The translations under genes and the position numbers were made by a program. The notes beneath the pieces were generated by a model. It was not told the DNA's origin. It ran no database searches and saw only the letters and a program-made list of their open reading frames with translations. Of a stretch of 31,966 nt of DNA, positions 1-8,354 are shown piece by piece (positions within the stretch are counted from its first letter, which is position 1; every line of letters starts with the position of its first letter). The stretch comes from Sedimenticola sp. GTDB lineage: Bacteria; Pseudomonadota; Gammaproteobacteria; Chromatiales; Chromatiaceae. The stretch covers positions 1 through 31,966 of the forward strand of contig JALVEW010000104.1 in the NCBI GenBank assembly GCA_027030425.1, in the 5' to 3' direction.

Positions 1-2
1 AC

Positions 3-737
3 GACCTGGGAAGAGAGGTCCGACTTGCCGCCCCCGCAACCCGCATCCTTACCCTGGCGCCTCATGCCACGGAAATGATTCTCGCCCTGGGCGCGGAAAA
101 CAAGCTGGTTGCTGTGGCCCGGTTTTTCGGCTACCCGGACAGCCTCGACCGTGTACCCCGTATCAATACTCTCGGCAGCCTCGACCGGGAGTACCTGCTG
201 GAAATGAACCCTGACCTGGTCATTGCCTGGCGTTCCGGAAACCGTCCGGCAGACCTTCAGTGGCTTGTCCGCACGGGCATTCCCGTATTCATGAGCGAAC
301 CCGCTTCTCTCACGGACATCGCTATATCTCTGGAAAAGCTGGGCAGACTCACCGGCAAAACGGCAGCCGGCAAGGAGGCCGCAAGCGCCTTCAGCCAGGG
401 CCTGGACTCGGCATGCGCCAACAGGCAGACTGCCGTGCCCGTCCCATCCTACTTCGAAATCTGGGCGGATCCTCCCATGACCATAGGCGGCAATCACTGG
501 CTCAACGAAATTCTCGAGCGGGCCGGCCTGCACAATGTCTTCGCCGATGTGCCCCGCAACGTATTCACGGTCAACCCGGAGAGCCTTTTGGCAAGAGACA
601 TCCGGGCAATCATCGCCAGCCAGCCCGACGCCTCACGCCCTATCAGAGGCGTACGAATACTGAAGGCCAGCCCGGAACTGGGACGCCCGGGCCCCCGGCT
701 CGTGGACGGCCTTAAACAGCTTTGCGCCCAGATGTAG
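3..737 (+). CDS. btuF: Periplasmic cobalamin-binding protein BtuF-like (TroA-type ABC substrate-binding protein); 5' end lies outside the window
   Basis: The frame is open from base 3 with no start codon at the window edge (DLGREVRLAAPATRILTLAPHATEMILALGAENKLVAV...). Motifs PDLVIAWRSGNRP, IGGNHWLNEILERAG and GPRLVDGL match my recollection of E. coli BtuF (RVVSLSPSTTELLFALG..PDLVLAWRGGNP..VGGNTWLNELLELAG..GPRLVDALEQL). A rho-independent terminator follows. Confidence 0.7.
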   Translation, partial: DLGREVRLAAPATRILTLAPHATEMILALGAENKLVAVARFFGYPDSLDRVPRINTLGSLDREYLLEMNPDLVIAWRSGNRPADLQWLVRTGIPVFMSEPASLTDIAISLEKLGRLTGKTAAGKEAASAFSQGLDSACANRQTAVPVPSYFEIWADPPMTIGGNHWLNEILERAGLHNVFADVPRNVFTVNPESLLARDIRAIIASQPDASRPIRGVRILKASPELGRPGPRLVDGLKQLCAQM

Positions 738-898
738 GAATTTTCCTACAAGGGGTTCCTTCCTTTCCCTACAGACAACCCACGGAGAGATTGAGATACT
801 TTAACCGTCGCCACCGCATAGAAGCACAGGGATGACAACGTACAAGGAAGGACGATCACGGACGAGTCAAGGATTGAAACAACCAAGCCCGGCGACAA

Positions 899-931
899 CC
901 CCGGCCACACAGGACGTGGCCGGGGTTTTTT
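899..931 (+). terminator. Rho-independent terminator downstream of btuF-like gene
   Basis: A 10-bp perfect stem CCCCGGCCAC/GTGGCCGGGG (899-908 and 916-925) with a 7-nt loop is followed by TTTTTT at 926-931. Confidence 0.7.
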
Positions 932-956
932 ATCTCCAGGGATGGAGTGGCCGGTG

Positions 957-1320
957 CATCAGGGGTCGGAGTCAAACAGCCACAATGCCGGATAGATTCG
1001 ATGGCGTGGAATGATCTGATGCCGTTCCCTGTAACAACTTGGGTGGAATTTGACTCCGACCCCGGCGTTCCTGTTCCCTGCATCAGGGGTCGGAGCCAAA
1101 CAGGCGCACAATGCCGGACAGATTCGATGGCGTGGAATGATCTGATGCCGTTCCCTGTAACAACTTGGGTGGAATTTGACTCCGACCCCGGCGTTCCTGT
1201 TCCCTGCATCAGGGGTCGGAGTCAAACAGGCGCACAATGCCGGACAGATTCGATGGCGTGGAATGGTCTGATGCCGTTCCCTGTAACAACTTGGGTGGAA
1301 TTTGACTCCGACCCTGGCCT
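957..1320. repeat. Tandem direct repeat, about 3 copies of a 124-126 bp unit; each unit is bounded by 15-bp inverted repeats GGGGTCGGAGTCAAA / TTTGACTCCGACCCC
   Basis: Units begin with CATCAGGGGTCGGAG at 957, 1081 and 1207. They are about 96-98% identical; differences are a 2-nt indel (CAG-CCACAATG vs CAGGCGCACAATG), T/C at GGAG(T/C)CAAAC, and GATAGATTCG vs GACAGATTCG. The third copy degenerates after TTTGACTCCGACCC near 1313. The array sits in the convergent intergenic space between the btuF terminator and the lspA stop codon (1323). Confidence 0.85.
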
Positions 1321-1322
1321 CA

Positions 1323-1802
1323 TCACTCCGACCCCTGCCTCACTGAGGCCAGCAGCATCAGCATCACCCCCAGGGTGATGGCGCTGTCCGCCAGGTTGAA
1401 GGCCGGCCAGTGCCAGCCCTGCCAATGGAAATCAAGAAAATCCGTCACCCGGCCCAGGCGCAGCCGGTCTACCAGGTTGCCCAAGGCGCCCCCGAGAATC
1501 AACGCCAGCGCCAGCCCCGTCAGACGCTCCCCCGCCTCGAGGCGCAGCAACCACACCAGTAATCCCAGGGAAATCAGACTGGCAAGGCCCACGAAGAACC
1601 AGCGCTGCCACCCCCCTGCGTTACTGAGAAAACTGAAAGCCGCACCTTCATTGAACACCAGGGTCAGGTTGAACACAGACAGCACCGGCACGACTTCGTA
1701 AGGCTGAAACACCGCCATGACCCAGGCCTTGCTGGCCTGGTCCAGAACCAGCACCAGCAAGGCCAGCAGCAGGAAACCGCCGGGGCGCAGCCGATCAGCC
1801 AT
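1323..1802 (-). CDS. lspA: Lipoprotein signal peptidase (signal peptidase II)
   Basis: [28 protein letters not shown]...[10 protein letters not shown]...NLVDRL...[12 protein letters not shown] is a typical LspA sequence, about 160 aa. The ATG at 1802 overlaps the ileS stop in the classic ATGGCTGA arrangement. The longer 249-aa ORF in the supplied ORF track comes from an upstream in-frame ATG inside ileS and is rejected. Confidence 0.9.
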   Translation of the reverse strand: MADRLRPGGFLLLALLVLVLDQASKAWVMAVFQPYEVVPVLSVFNLTLVFNEGAAFSFLSNAGGWQRWFFVGLASLISLGLLVWLLRLEAGERLTGLALALILGGALGNLVDRLRLGRVTDFLDFHWQGWHWPAFNLADSAITLGVMLMLLASVRQGSE

Positions 1803-4611
1803 AATGGCGCGTTTCACCCTCGCCTTCGACATTCTCCACGCAGCGGCCGCACAGTTCCGGGTGCTCTGGATGGCTGCCCACGTCTTCCCGGTGATGCCAG
1901 CAGCGCACGCATTTGGGATGCGTGCTGGCCAGGGCCTCGATGGCCAGGCCGTTGAGTTCGCTGTCCACCGCGGCGGCGCTGCGCTGGGACAAGGGCTGGA
2001 GTCCAGCATAAGAGGTGATGAGCACGAAGCGCAGTTCATCCCCCAGTTTTGCCAGGGAATCGTGCAGTTCACCGTCGCAATACAGAATGACCTCGGCGTC
2101 CAGAGAAGAGCCTATGTCACCCGCCTTGCGCATGCCTTCGAGCTGCCGGCTCACGGCGCTGCGGGCTTCGAGAATGCGCTGCCAGTCGGCCTCATCCAGT
2201 TTACCCCGGCCTTCCAGACCGAACAGGCCGTCATACCAGGTTTCCAGGAACACGGATTCCCTGCGTTCACCGGGAATATGCTGCCAGGCCTCGTGGGCGG
2301 TGAAACTGAGTATGGGCGCCAGCCAGCGCACCATGGCCTCGACGATGTGATGGATGGCCGTCTGGCAGGAGCGGCGCGGCAGGCTGTCGGTTCGGGTGGT
2401 GTACTGGCGGTCCTTGATGACGTCCAGGTAGAAACCGCCCATGTCCACCACGCAGAACTGCAATATTTTCTGGTAGATGAGATGGAAGTTGTAGTCGCGG
2501 TAGGCCGCTTCGATCTCTTGCTGCAGGGCCTGGGCCCGGGCCACGGCCCAGCGGTCCAGTTCCACCATGTCGTCCGCCGCCACGGCGTTCTTTGCCGGGT
2601 CGAAGTCGAACAGGTTGGCCAGCAGGAAGCGGGTGGTGTTGCGGATGCGCCGGTAGGCATCGGCTGTGCGCTTGAGAATCTCGTCGGAGACGCTCATCTC
2701 CGCCCGGTAGTCCGTGGCGGCCACCCACAGGCGGATGATGTCCGCTCCCAGGTTTTTCGTCACCTTCTGGGGCTGAATCACATTGCCCAGGGACTTGGAC
2801 ATCTTCCTGCCGTCCGCGTCCACGGTGAACCCATGGGTGAGGCAGGCCTTGTAAGGCGCCTTGCCCGTCATGGCCACGGAGGTGAGCAGGGAGGACTGGA
2901 ACCAGCCGCGATGCTGGTCGGAGCCTTCCAGGTACAGCTCCGCCGGACGGTGCAGCTCCTCGCGGCGGTCCAGAACACAGGCATGGGTCACGCCGGAGTC
3001 GAACCACACGTCCAGGGTGTCGGTGACTTTTTCATAGTCCGCCGCTTCATCACCGAGAATGTCGGCAGGCTCCAGCTGGAACCAGGCCTCGATGCCTTCC
3101 TTTTCCACCCGCTGGGCCACCTTCTCGAACAGTGCGGCGCTGTCGGGATGCAGCTTGCCGGTCTTCTTGTGGATGAACAGGGTGATGGGCACGCCCCAGG
3201 TGCGCTGGCGGGAGATGCACCAGTCCGGGCGGTTCTCCACCATGCCGCGGATGCGTTCCCTGCCCCACTCGGGCAGCCATTCCACGTTGTCGATTTCCTT
3301 CAGGGCCGCTTCGCGCAGGCCGTTCTGGTCCATGCTGATGAACCACTGGGGCGTGGCACGGAAGATGATGGGAGTCTTGTGACGCCAGCAGTGGGGATAG
3401 CTGTGGGTCAGGCGCTCCTCGTGCAGCAGGGCGCCACGGGCCTTGAGCACGTCGATGACCTTGTCGTTGGCGGAGAACACATGCTCGCCGGCGAACAGGG
3501 GCGTGTCCTCGTTGAAACAACCGTTGCCCAGCACCGGGTTGTCCACCTTCAGGTGGTATTTCTGGCCGACGATGTAGTCTTCCAGGCCATGGCCGGGCGC
3601 GGTATGCACGGCGCCGGTTCCCGCATCCAGGGTGACGTGATCACCCAGAATGACGGGCACTTCCCGGTCGTAGAAAGGATGTTTCAGCATCAGGCCCTCG
3701 AAGGCCTCGCCCTTGCCGTAGCCAATGACCCGGTAGTCGTTCAGACCCCAGCGCCCCAGGGCATCCTTCATCAGGCCCTCGGCCACCAGGAAGCGGCGGT
3801 CCCCGGCCTGCACCACGGCATAGTCCAGCTCGGGGTTCAGGGCCACAGCCTGGTTGGCCGGCAGGGTCCACGGGGTGGTGGTCCAGATGACCACGAACAG
3901 AGGGCCATGACCATGATCTCCAGGCACCGAATGACAGCGGTACATGGCGGCTTCGTCGTCCAGCACCTCGAAGGCCACGTCGATGGCCAGGGAGGTCTTG
4001 TCCATGTAGTCCACCTCGGCCTCGGCCAGGGCGGAACCGCAGTCGGTGCACCAGTTCACGGGCTTGGAACCCTTGTGCACATGGCCGGCTTCCACGATGC
4101 GCCCCAGGGAGCGGATGATATCCGCCTCCTGCTGATAATTCATGGTCAGATAGGGGTTTTCCCAGTCACCCAGCACCCCAAGGCGCTTGAAGTCCTCCCG
4201 CTGGCCATCCACCTGTTTTTGCGCATAGGCGCGGCAGGCCTTGCGGAATTCCGCGGCGCTGACCTTGCGGCCGGGCTTTCCCACCTTCTTCTCCACCTGC
4301 AGCTCGATGGGCAGGCCATGGCAGTCCCAGCCCGGCACATAGGGGGCGTCGAAGCCATCCAGGGTGCGGCTCTTGTTGATGATGTCCTTGAGAATCTTGT
4401 TCACTGCATGGCCAATGTGGATGTCCCCGTTGGCGTAGGGAGGACCATCGTGCAGCACGGATTTGGGCCGCCCCGCGCAGATCTGGCGAATCTTCTGGTA
4501 GAGATTCTGGCTCTCCCATTCCTTGAGCATCTGCGGCTCGCGCTGGGCGAGGTTGCCACGCATGGGGAAATCAGTCTTGGGAAGATTGAGAGTGTCCTTG
4601 TATTCGCTCAC
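1795..4611 (-). CDS. ileS: Isoleucine--tRNA ligase
   Basis: The 938-aa product begins [33 protein letters not shown], contains the HIGH-type motif ([14 protein letters not shown]) and KMSKS ([10 protein letters not shown]), and has a C-terminal Zn-finger-like CVRCW...CGRC. The start codon is GTG at 4609-4611. Confidence 0.97.
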   Translation of the reverse strand: MSEYKDTLNLPKTDFPMRGNLAQREPQMLKEWESQNLYQKIRQICAGRPKSVLHDGPPYANGDIHIGHAVNKILKDIINKSRTLDGFDAPYVPGWDCHGLPIELQVEKKVGKPGRKVSAAEFRKACRAYAQKQVDGQREDFKRLGVLGDWENPYLTMNYQQEADIIRSLGRIVEAGHVHKGSKPVNWCTDCGSALAEAEVDYMDKTSLAIDVAFEVLDDEAAMYRCHSVPGDHGHGPLFVVIWTTTPWTLPANQAVALNPELDYAVVQAGDRRFLVAEGLMKDALGRWGLNDYRVIGYGKGEAFEGLMLKHPFYDREVPVILGDHVTLDAGTGAVHTAPGHGLEDYIVGQKYHLKVDNPVLGNGCFNEDTPLFAGEHVFSANDKVIDVLKARGALLHEERLTHSYPHCWRHKTPIIFRATPQWFISMDQNGLREAALKEIDNVEWLPEWGRERIRGMVENRPDWCISRQRTWGVPITLFIHKKTGKLHPDSAALFEKVAQRVEKEGIEAWFQLEPADILGDEAADYEKVTDTLDVWFDSGVTHACVLDRREELHRPAELYLEGSDQHRGWFQSSLLTSVAMTGKAPYKACLTHGFTVDADGRKMSKSLGNVIQPQKVTKNLGADIIRLWVAATDYRAEMSVSDEILKRTADAYRRIRNTTRFLLANLFDFDPAKNAVAADDMVELDRWAVARAQALQQEIEAAYRDYNFHLIYQKILQFCVVDMGGFYLDVIKDRQYTTRTDSLPRRSCQTAIHHIVEAMVRWLAPILSFTAHEAWQHIPGERRESVFLETWYDGLFGLEGRGKLDEADWQRILEARSAVSRQLEGMRKAGDIGSSLDAEVILYCDGELHDSLAKLGDELRFVLITSYAGLQPLSQRSAAAVDSELNGLAIEALASTHPKCVRCWHHREDVGSHPEHPELCGRCVENVEGEGETRHYG

Positions 4612-4659
4612 GGACTTGTCATTCCTGCATAGTGGTTGATGGAAAAACCCAAGCGCCGC

Positions 4660-5592
4660 TCAGGCCGTATCGAGAATGCGCCGGGCGTCCGCCGCATCCT
4701 TTAATATTTGTCGTTTCAGGTCGTCGAAGGACGGGAATCTGCGCTCCTCGCGAATGCGGGAGACAAAGGTCACCCCCACCTGGCGCCCATAGACCTGTTC
4801 ATCAAAATCGAACAGGTGCACTTCCAGCAGGGGGCGCCCTTCGCCATCCACCGTGGGACGGGTGCCAATGTTGGCCACCCCTGGGAGATCCTGCTCCGCC
4901 AAGCCCTGCACCCACACGGCAAACACGCCGGTCAGGGGACTGACCCGCCGGTGCAGGTTGATGTTCAGGGTGGGAAAGCCTATGGTGCGCCCCCGCTTGT
5001 TGCCATGCCCCACCCGGCCGCAGATCTGGTAAGCTCGCCCCAGGCAGGCCTCGGCGGTAGCAAAGTCACCGGCTTCCAGGGCCTGGCGTATGCGTGTGCT
5101 GCTGATACGGCAGTCCTCGTGACAGACCGTATCCATGCTCTCCACCGCGAATCCCAGCGCCCTGCCACTTCGTTCCAGCAGGGCATAATCTCCCTGGCGT
5201 TCCCGACCGAAACGGAAATCGTCACCCACATACAGGTGGTGGATATCCAGTCCGTCCACCAGCACCTGCTGGATGAAATCCCGCGCATCCTGGTTGGCCA
5301 GCTGGCGATTGAACTCCAGCAGCAGCACCCGGTCGATGCCGCAAGCGCGGATGTGAATCAGTTTCTCCCGTAGCCGGGTCAGGCGCGCCGGCGCCTGTCC
5401 GGGGCGAAAAAACTCCATGGGCTGCGGCTCGAACAGAATCACCATGGATGGGAGACCATGTTCCCGGGCCTTTTCCCGCAGGGCGCGAAACACCCCTTGG
5501 TGTCCCAGATGTACGCCATCGAAATTGCCGATGGTAGCCACGCAGCCACGATGCGACGGGCGCAGATTGTGCTGACCGCGGATGAGCTGCAT
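4660..5592 (-). CDS. ribF: Bifunctional riboflavin kinase / FMN adenylyltransferase
   Basis: From the ATG at 5592 the product begins MQLIRGQHNLRPSHRGCVATIGNFDGVHLGHQ, matching my recollection of E. coli RibF (MKLIRGIHNL...GCVLTIGNFDGVHRGH). The upstream in-frame ATG at 5640 would add 16 non-conserved residues and overlap the preceding gene, so it is rejected. Confidence 0.9.
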   Translation of the reverse strand: MQLIRGQHNLRPSHRGCVATIGNFDGVHLGHQGVFRALREKAREHGLPSMVILFEPQPMEFFRPGQAPARLTRLREKLIHIRACGIDRVLLLEFNRQLANQDARDFIQQVLVDGLDIHHLYVGDDFRFGRERQGDYALLERSGRALGFAVESMDTVCHEDCRISSTRIRQALEAGDFATAEACLGRAYQICGRVGHGNKRGRTIGFPTLNINLHRRVSPLTGVFAVWVQGLAEQDLPGVANIGTRPTVDGEGRPLLEVHLFDFDEQVYGRQVGVTFVSRIREERRFPSFDDLKRQILKDAADARRILDTA

Positions 5593-5593
5593 A

Positions 5594-6538
5594 TCAACGA
5601 TTGGATTGACCGGGTTCGTGGTCAACCAGGGTGCTGGCATTGAACCCTACCCCCATGGCAGCGCTGACCGGGTCGCAATCGATACTGGTCCGGTCCGGCA
5701 GCTTGTTACCAAACCATGGCCCCTTCATCACTCCGTCCTCGTACCAGAGGCCGTTCAGAAAACCCCCGGAGGAAAGCACCAGCAACGCAGTTCCGGATTC
5801 CTTTCCCTTGTGTTCTATCCAGTGGATATTGAGCACCCGGCCATTGGTCTTGCCATACACATACCCCTTGTCCATCTCGTAACAGCCAGTGACTTCATTG
5901 CCGTCCACTTTCAGCATCAGGAGATTGTAGTTGGTCTGATAGACCCCATTGGGATCCAGAAAAGGCTCTTTTTCCCCAACGGGTTTACCGTAGGCTTCAA
6001 GCTCGTTGATTTCGATGAACTGGGGATGACCATAGTTGGACAACACCTCGACTTTCAGCCAGCGGGCGTTCACAGGATAGGGCAAGGGAATTTCCTTGCG
6101 ATCAAACTGCAGGGCTTCGGTGGTCATCAACGGCCGCCAGCCCTCCTGCGAAGACAGGGTGGAAACGGAAAAGCGAATCTTGCGCGCGGACACGCCGGGG
6201 TAATCCTCCTCGTCGGTTTCCCGGTTGTCGATAACCAGTTTCTCCAGGGCATAGACCTGGTCCATTTCTATGACGAAGCTCTCCGGCTTCAAACCACCGG
6301 GGGAAGGCTTGCCGCTGGCCCAGTAGTTACCCAGGCTGGAATCGATTATGGCATTCACCGGAAACTCCTTGTCGTACTGACTGGTGTGCGCAAGCACCAC
6401 GCCGCCATTCTTCATGGCCAGCACGTTGACCGGCGCGGCAGGTTCGGCCGCATTGGCAGCCAGCATATCCGCCAGCGCCAGAAGCACCGACAGTGCAAGG
6501 AGTGTCAAGCTCCTGGAAAACGACATATCCGAAAACAC
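5594..6538 (-). CDS. Secreted hypothetical protein with an N-terminal signal peptide and a possible beta-sandwich (galactose-binding-like) fold
   Basis: The N-terminus SFSRSLTLLALSVLLALADMLAANAAEP is a signal peptide. The rest is hydrophilic and rich in Y, W, G and N, with no enzyme motif I recognise. The stop TGA at 5594-5596 lies 1 nt from the ribF ATG, so the two are translationally coupled. The true start may be the ATG at 6526 rather than the GTG at 6538. Confidence 0.6.
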   Translation of the reverse strand: MFSDMSFSRSLTLLALSVLLALADMLAANAAEPAAPVNVLAMKNGGVVLAHTSQYDKEFPVNAIIDSSLGNYWASGKPSPGGLKPESFVIEMDQVYALEKLVIDNRETDEEDYPGVSARKIRFSVSTLSSQEGWRPLMTTEALQFDRKEIPLPYPVNARWLKVEVLSNYGHPQFIEINELEAYGKPVGEKEPFLDPNGVYQTNYNLLMLKVDGNEVTGCYEMDKGYVYGKTNGRVLNIHWIEHKGKESGTALLVLSSGGFLNGLWYEDGVMKGPWFGNKLPDRTSIDCDPVSAAMGVGFNASTLVDHEPGQSNR

Positions 6539-6583
6539 CCGTTCAATGACTTCGAACCCATTAGTTTACAATGAATCCAGCGT

Positions 6584-8122
6584 CTATGCTTGCCGGGCAT
6601 TGCGCAGGTGACGCGGGCGGATGCCCAGGGCATACAGGCAGCCCAGGTAGACCACCATGCCAATCCCGATCCAGGCGGCCAGCCATCCCGCCCTTTCCAG
6701 GATGCCGGCCGACAGCCAGGCTTCGAGCACCGGCATTCCCCACAGCAGTACCCCGGCCATCACCACGCAGGCACACAGCACCTTCCACCACAGGGCGTTC
6801 CATTCGCCACCGGGTTGATACACCTTCCCCCTGCGCAGCCCGCGAAACAGCAAACCGGCATTCACGAAGGCGGACAGGCTGGTAGCCAGCGCCAAGCCTG
6901 CATGCTGCAGGGGAAAGATCAATGCCAGGTTGAAGATCATGTTCACACCCATGGCGATGAGCCCGATTCGCACCGGCGTGCGGGTGTCCTGCCGGGCGTA
7001 ATATCCCGGCGCCAGCACCTTGATGAAAATGAACCCCAACAGTCCAACGGAATAGGCCATGAGGCTGAGACTGGCCATATGCACATCCGTGGCATCGAAA
7101 TTGCCGGAGAGGAAGAGGGTGGCGATCATGGGCGCCGCAAGCACCGCCAGCCCCACGGCCGCGGGAGCCCCAAGGAGCAGGGTGGTGCGCAACCCCCAGT
7201 CCAGGGTCTGGCTGAACGCCCGGGGGTCCCCGTCGGCATGGTGCCGTGACAGACCCGGCAGTATCACCGTACCCAGGGCCACGCCCAGCACGCCCTGGGG
7301 AAACTCCATCAGCCTGTCGGAATAGTAGAGCCAGGAGATGCTCCCGGTCTGCAGGAAGGAAGCCAGCACGGTATCCAGCAGCAGGTTGATCTGAACCACG
7401 GACACCGCGAACAGGGCCGGCACCATCAGCTTCATGATGCGAGTGACCCCTTCATGCCGGGGAGCCGGACGGAAGCCGGGGAACAGCTTCAGGCGATGGA
7501 GAAACGGCAACTGAAAGGTGAACTGCGCCACCCCCGCGACCAGCACGCCCCAGGCCAGGGCCACCACCGGCTCATGGAACGACGGAGACAACCACAGGGC
7601 CGCGCCGATGAGGCTCAGGTTGAGGAGCACGGGCGTAAAAGCCGGCACGGCAAACCGGTTATGGGCATTGAGAATACCCCCGGCGAAAGCCGTCAGGGAA
7701 ATGAACAGCAGGTAGGGAAAGGTGAGGCGCAGCATTTGCGCTGCCAGATCCAGCTTTTCCGTTGCGCCCTCCATGACCCAGCCAAAGGCGAATACTGATA
7801 CCAGCACAGGGGCCGCCAGAACCCCGAGGAAAGAGACCACCAGCAGCACCAGGCCCAGGGTTCCGGCCACATGATCCACCAGGGCCTTCAGTTCGTCATG
7901 GGAGCGCTGCTCCTTGTATTCCATGAGCACGGGAACGAAAGCCGTGGCAAAAGCCCCTTCACCGAACAGCCTGCGCAGAAAGTTGGGGATCTTGAACGCC
8001 ACGAAAAAGGCGTCCGTGGCGGCGTCCGCCCCGAATACGCGGGCCAGCACCAGATCCCGGACGAAACCCAACACCCGGGACACCATGGTATTCCCACCCA
8101 CGGTGGTCAGGGATTTCAGCAT
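6584..8122 (-). CDS. murJ: Lipid II flippase MurJ (MviN)
   Basis: MLKSLTTVGGNTMVSRVLGFVRDLVLARVFGADAATDAFFVAFKIPNFLRRLFGEGAF is a canonical MurJ N-terminus. About 14 transmembrane segments are visible. The ATG at 8122 has a GGGAAGGG Shine-Dalgarno; the ORF-track start at 8131 is a TTG codon. Confidence 0.93.
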   Translation of the reverse strand: MLKSLTTVGGNTMVSRVLGFVRDLVLARVFGADAATDAFFVAFKIPNFLRRLFGEGAFATAFVPVLMEYKEQRSHDELKALVDHVAGTLGLVLLVVSFLGVLAAPVLVSVFAFGWVMEGATEKLDLAAQMLRLTFPYLLFISLTAFAGGILNAHNRFAVPAFTPVLLNLSLIGAALWLSPSFHEPVVALAWGVLVAGVAQFTFQLPFLHRLKLFPGFRPAPRHEGVTRIMKLMVPALFAVSVVQINLLLDTVLASFLQTGSISWLYYSDRLMEFPQGVLGVALGTVILPGLSRHHADGDPRAFSQTLDWGLRTTLLLGAPAAVGLAVLAAPMIATLFLSGNFDATDVHMASLSLMAYSVGLLGFIFIKVLAPGYYARQDTRTPVRIGLIAMGVNMIFNLALIFPLQHAGLALATSLSAFVNAGLLFRGLRRGKVYQPGGEWNALWWKVLCACVVMAGVLLWGMPVLEAWLSAGILERAGWLAAWIGIGMVVYLGCLYALGIRPRHLRNARQA

Positions 8123-8327
8123 CCCACCCAAGCCCTTCCCGTGAATGATTCAGTTCGCCCGTTGCTCATCAGGAGCCTCAAACCTCTCGTTCTGTTGCAA
8201 AACCGGGTTGTCCGGCTTGTTCCTGTTGACAAAACCCGCCATCTTGCCGGGACCCCGGTGGCATTCACTGAATATCTGCATTAGTATTTCAATAAATATA
8301 ACAATCATAAGAAGGGAGGGCAGCGGC

Positions 8328-8354
8328 ATGATTATCAGGAAAGACAATGCTTGA
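8328..8354 (+). CDS. Possible 8-codon upstream/leader ORF (MIIRKDNA) overlapping the start of the 741-aa gene
   Basis: The strongest Shine-Dalgarno in the region, GAAGGGAGGG at 8311-8320, lies 7 nt before the ATG at 8328. The TGA stop at 8352-8354 overlaps the ATG at 8347 of the downstream gene. Confidence 0.25.
   Translation: MIIRKDNA

Noticed and set aside
957-1320. Possible CRISPR array.
   Set aside because: The units are about 125 bp and near-identical end to end. There are no alternating unique spacers of 30 to 40 bp, no leader, and no cas genes nearby.
856-1378. Several long ORFs on both strands (856..1209 -, 947..1378 +, 959..1237 -) with internally repeated peptides.
   Set aside because: These are artefacts of the 126-bp tandem repeat, which is a multiple of 3 and has no stop codons in several frames. 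They lie downstream of the btuF terminator, have no Shine-Dalgarno, and their frames change across the 2-nt indel in copy 1.
1323-2072. 249-aa version of lspA from the ORF track.
   Set aside because: The N-terminal 90 residues overlap ileS in another frame and do not resemble LspA. The conserved LspA sequence begins at MADRLRP, with the classic ATGGCTGA overlap with the ileS stop.
1717-4632. 971-aa plus-strand ORF antisense to ileS.
   Set aside because: Its composition is typical of a GC-rich antisense frame (A/G/L/V/H/Q-rich, no motifs). The minus-strand ileS identification is unambiguous. The same reasoning rejects the other shadow ORFs: 14074..15972 antisense to sucCD, 19447..21705 antisense to algC, 22054..23256 antisense to coaBC, 25837..26760 antisense to pspF, 9670..10632 and 9927..10715 antisense to the 741-aa gene, and 28972..29982 antisense to the flotillin.
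4612-4659. Possible attenuator or terminator hairpin (GCGGCGC...TTGGGTTTTT) between ribF and ileS.
   Set aside because: The stem is short and imperfect, and ileS and ribF look co-transcribed. This is not convincing enough to call.
8226-8231. TTGACA hexamer upstream of the 741-aa gene as a possible -35 element.
   Set aside because: No acceptable -10 element sits at 16-19 nt spacing, so the promoter is left unassigned.
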